Below the pieces are notes generated by a model, which was given only the letters and a program-made list of their open reading frames with translations, did not search any database and had not been told where the DNA came from. DNA of 64,000 nt from contig CM097885.1 of assembly GCA_044892525.1 (NCBI GenBank), positions 22,818,001-22,882,000 on the forward strand, written 5' to 3'. Position numbers and translations under genes: made by a program. The stretch comes from Schmidtea polychroa (Eukaryota). Position 1 is the stretch's first letter; each line of letters starts with the position of its first letter. Positions 1-11,632 of this stretch are shown here, one piece after another.

Positions 1-149
1 TTTCATAAAATAAGTCAATAATAATTTAGGAAAAGGTTTTTATAATTTTAAAACTATTTCAATGTTTTGGAATTATTTGTTTAAAAGGCTTTTAGAAAAT
101 CATCATTATTACAAACACCAGAAAAAGGCCGTCGGAAATTTATGTTAAA

Positions 150-1260
150 TAAATATAAATTTATAAGAAAGCGCCAATCAAACATTCTTTTCATGATATA
201 TTTCGACAGTTTTCCAACCATCATCAGGTGGGATATATTAACTGTATAAATTAAGGATTTTAAAGCAAATTTATTATTTGTATTATAATTAAATTGTTGC
301 CATGTATGTTTAACTATTTATTCAAATATAAATTTATTTATAATTTAAAAATGAAAAAAATATTGATTGTTATAATTTTTATTATAATTAAAAAATTAAT
401 GGCCAGTAGCAAGAACTAATATTAAAATATTTTAATTCAATTCTGCAAAATTTTGATAATCAAAAATTTTCAACTATTACAAATTTCTTTTTACGTAGAA
501 TTGAAACTTAGCTGATGTTGCAATTGTTCAAAATTATTCTCTTTTCCAGTTTTCTCGTTAACTATTCTTTTGAAAATTCAAAGTTTAAACAAATAATGTT
601 ACTGCCTCCACTGAATAGATTATGCTTTCAAACTCGTGCACGGAGATGATATGCAGTCTTTCCAATGTATGTGACATTACGCCATTACAAGTAAAGTATA
701 CAAGGTCGAAACACAGTCCTCGCAATATTGTAAAACACTTTAGCAATGATAATTCTAAAATTTTTAAAACCTAAAAGTGGTAAATTTACAGATGAGTCGA
801 ATGAGTCAATATCATTTAGTACATTAAAGTTAGTATTGTTGTTCTCACAGTATTTTCTGTATTATTTGGAGAAACATTCTCAAAGGAAGCAAACCGGGTG
901 AAATAATTTTCTCCGCCTCATTTAACTGAGCAATACGTCTATCAATAATTTCACAGGCGATTCGCGGTATTAAATATTTTGAATATTCGCTTTTTATGGA
1001 ATAATTAAACAAAAATTAGCCAAGTCATTAATAGAATCATAATAAATATAATGTACTCCACAGGCTTGATAAACCAATAATTTTATCATATTTCTTTTAC
1101 ATTTGAAATTTCATTTCCTTAAAACTGATGTGGCAAATATTTCCAAATCGCCTTCGGTTTCTGCAAAACTTATGGAAGTAGTTCTAATTCTGTTTCTAAT
1201 CTTTTAAATAGTTCAAGGAATTTGATATTTCTAGCGACTATTTAAAAAGATCTTCCCAAA
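150..1260 (-). mobile_element. Decayed Penelope-like retroelement (GIY-YIG endonuclease and RT-thumb remnants)
   Basis: The minus strand at ~620-700 reads VY.FTC...NVTYIGKTAYHLRARV*KH (GIY-YIG motif, frameshifted, with a stop). WFIKP at ~1065-1080 resembles the PLE WYxKP thumb motif. Boundaries are approximate. Confidence 0.7.
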
Positions 1261-1350
1261 ACTCCGATAATTGTTTATGCCATATTTACAATACAAATGT
1301 TAATGTTAGTTTGTGTTATTAATATATTGTTATGTTGTTATGAATATGGA

Positions 1351-1710
1351 CAGGGGCGGCTCAAGAAATTTTTACCAAGCCTAACGCCCTAGGCGAATTT
1401 TAATGAAGCGCCTACCTTAAAGAATGCCAACTGAAACATTAGGTTTTAATGATTTAAATTTCTTAATTCAACGAGTAGGTATTTCATAATAAATTTTTTA
1501 TTGAGGGAAATAAAAAATTTGTCCATTTTAAAATATAATAATATATGCAGTTTCAAAATACATAAATAATAGTACAAAATAATATAGGAGTGACAATTGT
1601 GAAAGAGAAAAATTAAAGATATCATAATAAATAATTTTTTTTATATATTCGAGAAATAATTTAGAAAAATATTTTTGTGCCCTAAAAAATTTTGCGCCCT
1701 AGGCGTCCTG
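1351..1710. mobile_element. hAT-type MITE
   Basis: Ends are CAGG...CCTG. Flanking 8-mers AATATGGA (1343-1350) and AATGTGGA (1711-1718) differ at one base. A subterminal CGCCCTAGGCG motif occurs near both ends. Confidence 0.7.
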
Positions 1711-2390
1711 AATGTGGAGAAGTGTTGTGTCAAAAATTGTTGAACCTAGTCGAGTCACCGATAAAATCTGACATTGGACAGCTGGGTGCTTGCATGTATG
1801 TAATGATTTGTTTGTGTGTTTTAGTCATATTGTATAATAACATATAATAAAATTTATTAAAAACGAATAAAAATAATGTATGTACAGGTTCTTCGGTTGC
1901 ATTCCACAGAACAAGAACATCTTCGGTATTTAAATAACCTGATTCCAACAAAATTTACATTCATTGCAACACCTTTCTAAATTATAGTTACCTTTCTTTT
2001 ACTAATTTTCCCAGTAAATAAATATTTTAAGTATTTAGTATTATTAAAAAATAGGTGCAGTGAACTGTAAAACATTACGAAATATTTCACCAAATTACTG
2101 AGAGTCAGCCGTATTCCATCATTATCTTGAATATTATTATGCTTCCAATGCTAGTTTACCTTTTTCATTAGATTGTTCACAGTCATTACTATTGAGAACA
2201 TTAAAATTCTTTTCATCAAAAATTACACTAATTTCAAAGTAACAACATTTACAGTATTATTAAATGACATGTACAACGGATTCGGTTGAATGGAAGATGA
2301 CATAATTCAATCATTACACCTGTAACAAAACCTACTAAATAATTTAATGAAATTAACATAAAACTCTATTTCTAATGTTTTTGTAAGTAG

Positions 2391-2555
<165 letters not shown>

Positions 2556-4782
2556 TATTTAATTCGCTTATAAAGTTAAATATGAGCTTCCTACTGGATG
2601 AAGTTTGACCATTTAACCAAATATTGGTATGATCTCTGAAAAAATCATTGTAAAATATTGTAAAATATTTTCTTTGATTAAACTTGAATAATTTTTTTAT
2701 CATAATTACTTCCTGAATTATTTATATTTTCATTACAAGCGTTAATAATGTATTTAAGAGTCATTATAATCGATACTGAATATAATTTTTAATAAAATTA
2801 AAATAAAAAATTTAATTATATTTTTAATGAAATCTTCTAGATTGCATTTATTGCTACTCATACATATACATTTTTAATATTTTAATTTATCATATTTCTA
2901 ATGAAGTTTTTAAAGTATTTATATGATAATTTAAATGATAATTTTAATAATAATACTACCTTTATCATATGTTGTAAATAATATTTTTTAATAAATCGTT
3001 TAAGAAAATCTGTTTTAAAATTTTATTTTTCAAACTTTTTAAAAGGGGTACGTAAATATTACAAACGTCAATATAAACAATTAAATGATAAGATAAGTTT
3101 TTACCAGCAAAGACAACAATTTTGCAATTATGATTTAATCATTTTCAATTACTCAAAATTAACTTTTTACTCAAAATAAATGTTTTTTGATATTTCTTTT
3201 AAATTAATTTTTGTCTTTTCATTTGTTTATATATTTAATTAAATTTTAATCCAGCGAAAAGGCAAAAAATGAATTTAAATGGAAAATCAAAAAAGTATTT
3301 GAAAATTGAAACCGCTAAATTTTGAGAAATTTAAGAGGATTATTTAATAATCGAAAAGAATTTTTACTCAATACATAATTTTCAGTATAAGGCTTATCTT
3401 ATCTCATTTACTTTTTAACATTTAATTTATGCAGCACGACAATACTGCTTTTAAAGTTCAAAAAATGACAAAATGATCTCTTTTCCAATTCTTACCAATA
3501 ATATGTAGAAAGATTCAAAATTGTAGATATTTGTAACATTTCCATAAAGCGAAACTTGATTTTATCACCCCGCTAAAGAACTAAATGATCACTCAAAGAG
3601 TGCCTGTTTAATCTTGCCATTTAAAGAAACAATTCTTCTTTAGAAAAACGCCGGTTTAATTTGCTTCAAATATTTGTTAGTAAATATTTCATAAATTCTT
3701 TGATTGAAGATAAATTGGAAAGAAATGGACCAAATCTCATTTTATTAATACCGGAGTTGTCAATTTGTATATTTTCCATAGGAATATATTCAATAGTTTA
3801 CAATCTGCAAAATTCTCTCAATTTAATGACATTCCTTGGTAAATTTGAATGCGATATGAAAATTTTATGGCAAATAATTGCAATTCATTAATTATTTTTA
3901 AAAATAAAAATGTGTAAGTTTTTTTTTCTTTTTAATCATTGATAAATTTTTAATATCAATTTTCCATATCTTATCATTTCATTTTAGAATATCGATCAAT
4001 ATTTTGTTTTATATTTAACACAAATTTTCGGCATTTGAAAGTGATTGATAATTTGAAAAGAAATGGAAATAAAGAAAACAAAATGGATTTTATAAATTAT
4101 ATTTAAATTCCCAAATAAACATAATGTAAATTGCTTTCATTAAGTTTAAAATAATCAGATTATATTAATTTACAAGTATGATATAACCATAGTAAACTGA
4201 AATTTAATTTAGTCAACCTCCTTAACTAAACGGTCTTTGATCCTTACAAATTGCAGAAGATATGACTTCTATTTTTGAAGAATGCTTATCCGTAGCAATG
4301 ATAAGAAACTGAATATTCAATCTGGCCTGGGGCTGAAATGATCAGATTGTTAGGCAGGATTGAATTTAACACAGAGTATTGACGAGAGTTAAATAAAGTC
4401 GAAGCTAGTCTAACATTAGAAGTTGCATAGAATAACGCGTCACATTTTACTTAAAATATGCATACTTTTAATTATAGTATATTTTATAATAAAATAATAA
4501 AATAAAAATATTTTTAAAAATATATTTAAAATAAAATTGTATAAAACTTTTGAATATTTCAAAAAAAAAAGTTCCTTAATTTTTTGTTTAATAAAATAAT
4601 AAAAAAATATAATTGAACCTCTATTTTGATTTTCAAGATAAAATTATTAATTAGCATGGCTTTTAAATAAATAGATGAAGAATCAAACACTTTGGTACTT
4701 AACATAAAATCGTCCACTCTTAAAAACCACTAGAAACCTCTTTGGACAGAAATAAGGTTGAGTTAAATATACTATATACCGT

Positions 4783-5383
4783 TGTTATGGAGGTTATAGT
4801 TGTTATTATTGTTAATTAATTATTGTTTTTATTGTTATTATTGTTAATTATGTTATTTTGGAGGAGAATTTGAAGAGCCCGAAAGAGTCACCGTTAAAAC
4901 TTGTAGCGGGACAATCGGGGTGCGTGTTATGTTCAAAATATAAGATTTACAAACAATATAAAGTTATAGATATAATACAAAACAATAATAAATGTTACAA
5001 CTTTTAAAATTTATTACAACAAAGAAATAAAACCTCGTATCTATCTTGGATGTTCTTGAAATATACTTCCAAATATTTTCTTTGATTTTCTTTCTGTACA
5101 ATAAACTCTATTTAAAAGTCTTTGGTAAAGAAATGAATTTTCAGTTCTCAAAACTAATACACATTATCGTTTCCATATTCTATTCGTCATTGATTTTTTA
5201 ATTTTCAATTTTTTTTTGATTTTTTTTTTACTATAGTAAATAGATAATTTACTATAGTAAATTATCGCTATATAGTTTATTTTTAAAAATCTGGATTTCC
5301 CAGATGGTAATATTTTATATTTTAGTATACACAATTCCTAATTGTGAATACTAAAATATTAACAAAAATAACTGTACATTACA
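4783..5383 (-). repeat. 3' LTR (601 bp)
   Basis: Direct repeat of 10139-10739; only one substitution seen by eye (ctctatttaaaa vs ctctacttaaaa). Confidence 0.95.
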
Positions 5384-5397
5384 TAACTTCCCCCTTT
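5384..5397 (-). promoter_or_regulatory. Polypurine tract
   Basis: Minus strand AAAGGGGGAAGTTA lies immediately before the 3' LTR start TGTAATG. Confidence 0.85.
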
Positions 5398-5623
5398 AAA
5401 ACCGGAGGTTAACATGAATCAATAAAAAGTACGTAAAAAAAATTACATTCAATAACCTTTTTTTTCGTATGTTTTATATGTTTTTGTGTTTTTTTTCTGT
5501 TTCTTTGTATCTACAACTTCAATAAAATTAAAAATTTACATTTTGTTTTGTATTTACAAGAAAAATAAAAACTGTACAATTAACGCTGTTTGTGCGTGTG
5601 TTTGTTTGTGTATGTTTGTGTTT

Positions 5624-8600
5624 TTATTTAAAGCATTCGCTGTAACGTTTTTTGTATAGTGGAGCCAGTATTGTGTCTTTATCGAATATTTTGATTGAAT
5701 TTTTGTGGTTGAATGTGATGTTTTTGTGAATTGGTTGTTTTTTTGTTTGTGTTTGGGTTTGTGTTTTGTCTTGCGGTGAGTTGTTTTGTGGGTTTTTGTT
5801 TTGGTGATAGGGTTTTATTCGTCTTATGTTTATTTTCATTTTGTTGTTGTTTTTGATTATTGTGGCGACGTTTTTGTTAATTTCTAGGAGTTTGAATGGA
5901 CCTTCGTATTTGGATTCGAATCCTTTTGTGAATGGTTTTTTTATTAAGATGAAATCTGTTGTTAATACTATTTTTCCGTCTAATTCGGAGTCCGGTCTTC
6001 TTTTTAAAATTCCTTTTGGTTTCTGTTCGGTGGTTTCGCTATTTTTGTTTGTTATTTGTTTGCTGTTTTCGGTGTTTTTGTTTGTATCTGATTTAAGTGA
6101 TGGCAAGTTTGTTGCTTTTCCAAAAATTTTGTATGCTGGACTTTCATTATCTGTTGAATTTGGGCAATTTCTTAGTCCGATTAATATTGTTGGAAGTTGG
6201 TTTAACCAGTTTTGGTCATTGGCTTTTGTCCTGATGCTTTCTTTTAATGTTCTGTGAAACCGTTCGATTTTCCCATTTGATTGTGGGTTGTAAGCTGTTG
6301 TTCGATTTCTTTTGATATTGTATTTATTGCACAGTATTTTGAACATTTCTGATTCGAATTGTCTGCCTTGATCAGTTATGATTGTTTTCGGTTGGCCGTA
6401 ACGAGCTATCCAGTTTAGTTCGATCATTTCGCAGATATTTTTTGCTGTGATTTCTTTTATTGGGATCGCTTCGAACCAATTGGTTTTTCTGTCTATAATT
6501 GTTAGTAGATATTTGTAGTTGTCGTTTGGTGGTAGTGGTCCTACTACGTCTGTGTGTATTGTTTCAAACGCTTCACTGCTTGGGAAGTTTACTTTTTGTG
6601 TTTTAGGTGTTTTTGTTGTTTTATTTAATTGGCAGCTGTGGCAACTTTTGACGTAATTCTTGATGTCTTCCCGCATGTGAGGCCATACATATTTGTTATG
6701 TATTAACTCGAATGTTATTTTGTTTCCCGGATGATTGATAGTATGTATCTTTTTTATGCAGTCTTGTCGGAGTTCTTCGGGTAGTAGGATTCGTTTGTTG
6801 CTTTCGTTGGAGACATCGTGCCATATTCCGTCGAGTTCCTGTAGTTTCAGGCTGTGTTTAGTAGGCAGTTTGCTTAATGTATCGGTTTGTCTGGATTTGA
6901 TTTGATCCAATTCAATTATTTCTCCGAATTCTAGGGCGTTTATGTCACTTTCAATTCTGGATAGAGCATCTGCTGCTATGTTTGATTTTCCTGCTACGTA
7001 GTTTATTGTGCAGTTGAATTGGGAAATGAAATTGATTTGTCTGATCTGCCTTGGTGAAGGGTTTTTCATTTCTATTGCATTTGTTAGCGGTTTGTGGTCT
7101 GTGAATATTTTGAAGGTTCGTCCTTCGAGTAAATGTTGAAAGTGTTTGATTGCTTCGTGTATTGCTAGGAGTTCTCTGTCAAATGTTGAGTATCTTGTTT
7201 GATGTGATTTTAGTTTTTTCGAGAAAAATCCCAATGGTTGTTTGCCGAATTTATTTTCCTGGAAAATTGTTGCGCCCATTGCAAAACCAGAACAGTCTGT
7301 AGTTAGTTGATACTCTAGTTCTGGATCTGGGTAACCGAGTAGTATTGCCGTTGATAGGCTTTCTTTGGCTTTATTGAATGTGTCGGTTGTTTGTTGTGTC
7401 CAGTTTATTGTTACGTTTCGTTTGGTTTTGATAATGTCGTTTAGTGGTGCCAGTAGGTTGCTGCAATTTGGGATGTAAGAATGATAAAAGTTTACCATTC
7501 CTAGAAATCTCCTCAACTCTCTTGTGTTTGTCGGCAGTTTGTAGTTTTTTATATTGTTTATTTTGTTTTCTATTGGTTGTGTTCCTTTGTCGTTTAGCGT
7601 GTGACCAAGGAAATTTATTTCCGTTTTCATAAATTCGCACTTTTGAGTGTTTATTTTTAGTTTTGCATTGTCCAGCGTTTTGAACACTTTTTCCACGTCC
7701 TTTAGATGTGTTTCTTTGTCTGGGCTTGTTATTAGGATGTCGTCCAGATAAGCGATTGTGTTTTTGTTGTTTTTCATTGTTTGATCCATGAATCGTTGGA
7801 AAGTTGCTGCGGCATTTCGTAGACCGAAAGGCATTCGGTTGTATTCGAACATGCCGATCGGTGTTGTTATTGCTGTCTTTTTTATGTCCTCTTTTCTAAT
7901 TGGGATCTGATGATATGCTTTTTGTAGGTCAATTTTTGAAAAATATTTTGCGCCATTTAGTCGATTTATTATGTCTTTTATTATCGGTAATGGATAGCTG
8001 TCGGGCTCTGTTATTTTGTTCAGGAGTCTGTAATCGCCACAAGCTCTCCATTCCCCGTTAGCTTTTTGTTTTAGCATCAGTGCTGAAGACCATTCTGAGT
8101 TTGAATGTTTTACTATATTATTTTCCAACAGTTCGTTAAATATATTTTTTGTGATTTCTATTTTTTTTGGATCCAGTGGTCTTACTTTTGAGTGGACTGG
8201 GTTTCCGTTTGTCAGTATTGCGTGTTCAGTAGTGTGGTTTGAATTTCCATCGAAAGTTACTGGTTCGCAGAGTTTATCGTATTTTGCCAGTAGTGTGACT
8301 ATTTCTGGTACGTGTTCAATAGTTTTAATTGTTTTGATAGTTGGTCTACTTGTTTGAATCACGCCGATGTCTACTTTCGAAAAGTTTGATGTTGTGTTCC
8401 TGGCTGTTTCTTTGTCTGTTTTGTTGTTTTCGACTATTTTCTTGTTTCGACAGTCCACTATTAGGTTGTAATTTGCTAAGAAATCGGCCCCGATTATTGA
8501 CTGTTGTACTTCTGCGATTGTGAATGGCCAACTGTATTTTTTTGAATTTATTGTGAGTGTTATTGTATATTGGCCAAATGTTTTAATTTTGGAGCCATTG

Positions 8601-8809
8601 GCAGCGGTTAGTGACTTTTCTGTAGTTTTTGCATTTGTGTATAAGTAGTGTGGTAATAGGGAGATCACGGAACCTGTGTCGATTAGAAAATCTGTATTGT
8701 TTGAATGCACCGTGAAAGTATTATTGTTGTCACCAAATGTGGGTGCTATCAATGGTGACATTTTTAGTTTTCCTGCTCTGTTTTGTGGAATTCGCAGTGT
8801 TTTATGCAT
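5624..8809 (-). CDS. pol: Pol polyprotein (aspartic protease, reverse transcriptase, RNase H, integrase)
   Basis: Motifs FLIDTGS (PR), YLDDIL (RT), TDCS/RELLA/TDHKPL (RH), H-X3-H...CHSC and D-D-E (IN) and GPF. Uninterrupted 1061 aa; probably entered by -1 frameshift from gag. Confidence 0.97.
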   Translation of the reverse strand: MHKTLRIPQNRAGKLKMSPLIAPTFGDNNNTFTVHSNNTDFLIDTGSVISLLPHYLYTNAKTTEKSLTAANGSKIKTFGQYTITLTINSKKYSWPFTIAEVQQSIIGADFLANYNLIVDCRNKKIVENNKTDKETARNTTSNFSKVDIGVIQTSRPTIKTIKTIEHVPEIVTLLAKYDKLCEPVTFDGNSNHTTEHAILTNGNPVHSKVRPLDPKKIEITKNIFNELLENNIVKHSNSEWSSALMLKQKANGEWRACGDYRLLNKITEPDSYPLPIIKDIINRLNGAKYFSKIDLQKAYHQIPIRKEDIKKTAITTPIGMFEYNRMPFGLRNAAATFQRFMDQTMKNNKNTIAYLDDILITSPDKETHLKDVEKVFKTLDNAKLKINTQKCEFMKTEINFLGHTLNDKGTQPIENKINNIKNYKLPTNTRELRRFLGMVNFYHSYIPNCSNLLAPLNDIIKTKRNVTINWTQQTTDTFNKAKESLSTAILLGYPDPELEYQLTTDCSGFAMGATIFQENKFGKQPLGFFSKKLKSHQTRYSTFDRELLAIHEAIKHFQHLLEGRTFKIFTDHKPLTNAIEMKNPSPRQIRQINFISQFNCTINYVAGKSNIAADALSRIESDINALEFGEIIELDQIKSRQTDTLSKLPTKHSLKLQELDGIWHDVSNESNKRILLPEELRQDCIKKIHTINHPGNKITFELIHNKYVWPHMREDIKNYVKSCHSCQLNKTTKTPKTQKVNFPSSEAFETIHTDVVGPLPPNDNYKYLLTIIDRKTNWFEAIPIKEITAKNICEMIELNWIARYGQPKTIITDQGRQFESEMFKILCNKYNIKRNRTTAYNPQSNGKIERFHRTLKESIRTKANDQNWLNQLPTILIGLRNCPNSTDNESPAYKIFGKATNLPSLKSDTNKNTENSKQITNKNSETTEQKPKGILKRRPDSELDGKIVLTTDFILIKKPFTKGFESKYEGPFKLLEINKNVATIIKNNNKMKINIRRIKPYHQNKNPQNNSPQDKTQTQTQTKKQPIHKNITFNHKNSIKIFDKDTILAPLYKKRYSECFK

Positions 8810-9938
8810 TTATATGCTTTGTCGCCAAATTTGTTATGAAAGTAGCAGTGGTTTTTGTTTAGGAAATCTTTTCTTGAATTCCTTTCTGGGCTGCTATTTC
8901 GGTAATTGTTGTATCGATTTGGTGAGTTTGACCGGTTTCTGTAGTGACCGTTTGGGGATTGTCTGTGGCTGTAGTTCTGTCTATTGTTTTCGTTGGGTGG
9001 TCGGTCGTAGTTTTGTCTGTTATGATTGTATGATAGTTGGTCTGTGTTAAAATTGTTTCTGTTGAATAGGTCTCTGTTTTCGTTTGGATTGAAATTTTGC
9101 CTGTTGTATTTCTCTTTTATTTCGGCTAGTTCCGCTTTTATTTGTCTGTTTTCGACAATTATTTCGTCGAATTTGCTGATCAAAGTGTTTATTAATCGGT
9201 TTTTTGTTTCATTTGGTTCTGTGTTTTTGTTGGTTGGTTGGGTGTTGTGATTAGTTTTGTTTCTGTTGTAGTTTTGTGTGCTGCATATAGTAGGATAAAT
9301 TTCTTCATTGATTTTATCTGCTATGTCTGCTAGCGTTTCTACGTCCGAATTGCTACTGGCTGCGAGGATACGTCTTATTTCGGGCGGCATTGCTCGCATG
9401 AAAAATTCTTTTACTAATTCGTTTGATCCCGAATTAGTGATGTTTGGTTGGAGGTACTCCAATTTTTGTTTTAGTTGGCGAAGGAAATCTGTTGGTTTAT
9501 TGTCGCCAAGTTGTGTGTTGTTTAGACATGATTCCAGCATTTGCCTCCTGTTGATTTTTTTTTGTTTGTTAGGACGTTGCAAAGCTTGTTGAACGGGTCT
9601 TCGCTCTTTGAAATTTCCTCAATTTGGTCAGCTATTTCGTTCAATTTGCTACTTGGGAGTGCAGCGATAATGTTTGAACATAGCGTTTTCGTTGACTTTA
9701 TTCCCGATAGGGTTAGGGTTAATTTAGCAAATTCAAGCCATTTTTGGGGTGTCCCATTTTCGTCACTAAAGTAGTTTGGGATGTTTGTTCTTGAGTTAAT
9801 TACTGAGTTTATGGTGTGTGTATTATCTGTGCTAGTGTTTGGGTTATAGTAGTAATTCGTATTTTCCATCATGTGTGTGTTTTCAGTATTATTGGGGGGT
9901 TGTGAAATGTTTGTTGGATTTGTTTGGTTTGATGCCAT
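8764..9938 (-). CDS. gag: Gag, split into two overlapping ORFs (9522-9938 and 8764-9582) at an A9 run
   Basis: N-terminal ORF starts at an ATG. The C-terminal ORF has LGDNKPTDFLRQL and the terminal C-X2-H-X9-C-X3-C motif. The frames differ by -1 at the T9 run at 9555-9563. Confidence 0.85.
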
Positions 9939-10124
9939 TAATTGGTTTGTTGATGTTTTTTTTATTGCTTGTTGTGTTACAAAAAATGAGATTGTTCAAG
10001 GATATGGCTTACTGTGTTCAGCCAAAAGAGTCACTATCCTTTATACTTCTATAATAAGTATGCTGAAAGGCGTAGTGATTGAAAAAAATCGTCGAATGCG
10101 AGTGTCGTGTTGTGTATATTTTTT

Positions 10125-10136
10125 CTTCTGACACCA
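10125..10136 (-). promoter_or_regulatory. Primer binding site complementary to tRNA-Leu 3' end
   Basis: Minus strand TGGTGTCAGAAG begins 2 nt after the 5' LTR. It is complementary to the CUUCUGACACCA end of metazoan tRNA-Leu(CAA), as recalled. Confidence 0.8.
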
Positions 10137-10138
10137 GT

Positions 10139-10739
10139 TGTTATGGAGGTTATAGTTGTTATTATTGTTAATTAATTATTGTTTTTATTGTTATTATTGT
10201 TAATTATGTTATTTTGGAGGAGAATTTGAAGAGCCCGAAAGAGTCACCGTTAAAACTTGTAGCGGGACAATCGGGGTGCGTGTTATGTTCAAAATATAAG
10301 ATTTACAAACAATATAAAGTTATAGATATAATACAAAACAATAATAAATGTTACAACTTTTAAAATTTATTACAACAAAGAAATAAAACCTCGTATCTAT
10401 CTTGGATGTTCTTGAAATATACTTCCAAATATTTTCTTTGATTTTCTTTCTGTACAATAAACTCTACTTAAAAGTCTTTGGTAAAGAAATGAATTTTCAG
10501 TTCTCAAAACTAATACACATTATCGTTTCCATATTCTATTCGTCATTGATTTTTTAATTTTCAATTTTTTTTTGATTTTTTTTTTACTATAGTAAATAGA
10601 TAATTTACTATAGTAAATTATCGCTATATAGTTTATTTTTAAAAATCTGGATTTCCCAGATGGTAATATTTTATATTTTAGTATACACAATTCCTAATTG
10701 TGAATACTAAAATATTAACAAAAATAACTGTACATTACA
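10139..10739 (-). repeat. 5' LTR (601 bp)
   Basis: Direct repeat of 4783-5383, followed on the minus strand by the PBS. Confidence 0.95.
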
Positions 10740-11578
10740 ACCATCGAGAAGAATGTGATTCTTCCCTTAACTAGAGACTGAGGTAGTCCAAATCGGTTTA
10801 GACATTATTGATATGAATCAAAAGTACCTAGGAATTTTTGCAACATAAATTAATGTTCCAACAAAGAAGTTTTTTCATGGAAAAGTTGCTTCTTCTAGAT
10901 ATCAAAATATTTTAAAAGGGTATATGTAAATTATTTCAACAAGACGATTCTATACTCGAATTATGCAAGACCAGAAAATTGTATATTAAGGAATCTTAAC
11001 ACATGTTTTGAAATTGTTAACTTATTCTTATGATGTAAAATCTAGAAAATACTTGCTAATTGATTCTACAATAATTTATAAGATAACAAGAATCTAGTGA
11101 AGTAATTAGAAGGCGCATAAGCTCACAGTGTCCGGTAGTCTCGAGTCAAAAGAGTCCGAATCATGTGGAGTATGTTCATAATGATTAAATGTTTATTTTT
11201 ATTAGTTTTATTTAAAAATAATAAGAGAGATATTTACTATGATTCCAGGTGCATTTTGTGCTTTTATGAGATTTATGTTAAAATTAGATTTTAACCGGTA
11301 AATATCACGTGATGTACTGAGAGAATTTATAATAACATTTGTCATAAACATGTTGGTAAGCTTCGTACTTATTATCCAATAAAACTAACCCAAAAGTAAA
11401 TTACCAAAAAATAAAATTGTTATCAAATAAATATACAACAAACACCGTTTTGAAGTATTTTATTTACTAAATTTGTAAAATTTCGAATATTGTTTGATTT
11501 AGTCTTAATTTTAATCTGATTTTTTATGACTTTAAATGATAATAAATAAACTCAACAATATGTAAAGATTTATATCAC

Positions 11579-11632
<54 letters not shown>

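Larger units (their letters stand above)
4783..10739 (-). mobile_element. Full-length Ty3/Gypsy LTR retrotransposon, CsRn1 clade
   Basis: Two 601 bp TG...CA LTRs; 5 bp flanks ACCGT/ACCAT; PBS and PPT; Gag CHCC knuckle (CYFHNKFGDKAYKCIKHC); Pol in PR-RT-RH-IN order with a GPF motif. Confidence 0.95.

Noticed and set aside
1730..2340. Short minus-strand ORF and moderately complex sequence
   Set aside because: No recognisable motif or splice-consistent partner; probably TE debris.
4870..4892. TTGAAGAGCCCGAAAGAGTC in the LTR resembling a hammerhead core
   Set aside because: Lacks the CUGA start, stem II and stem I pairing.
5826..10131. Plus-strand ORFs overlapping the retrotransposon
   Set aside because: Antisense shadows of an A/C-skewed coding strand; no motifs, and no env-like third ORF.
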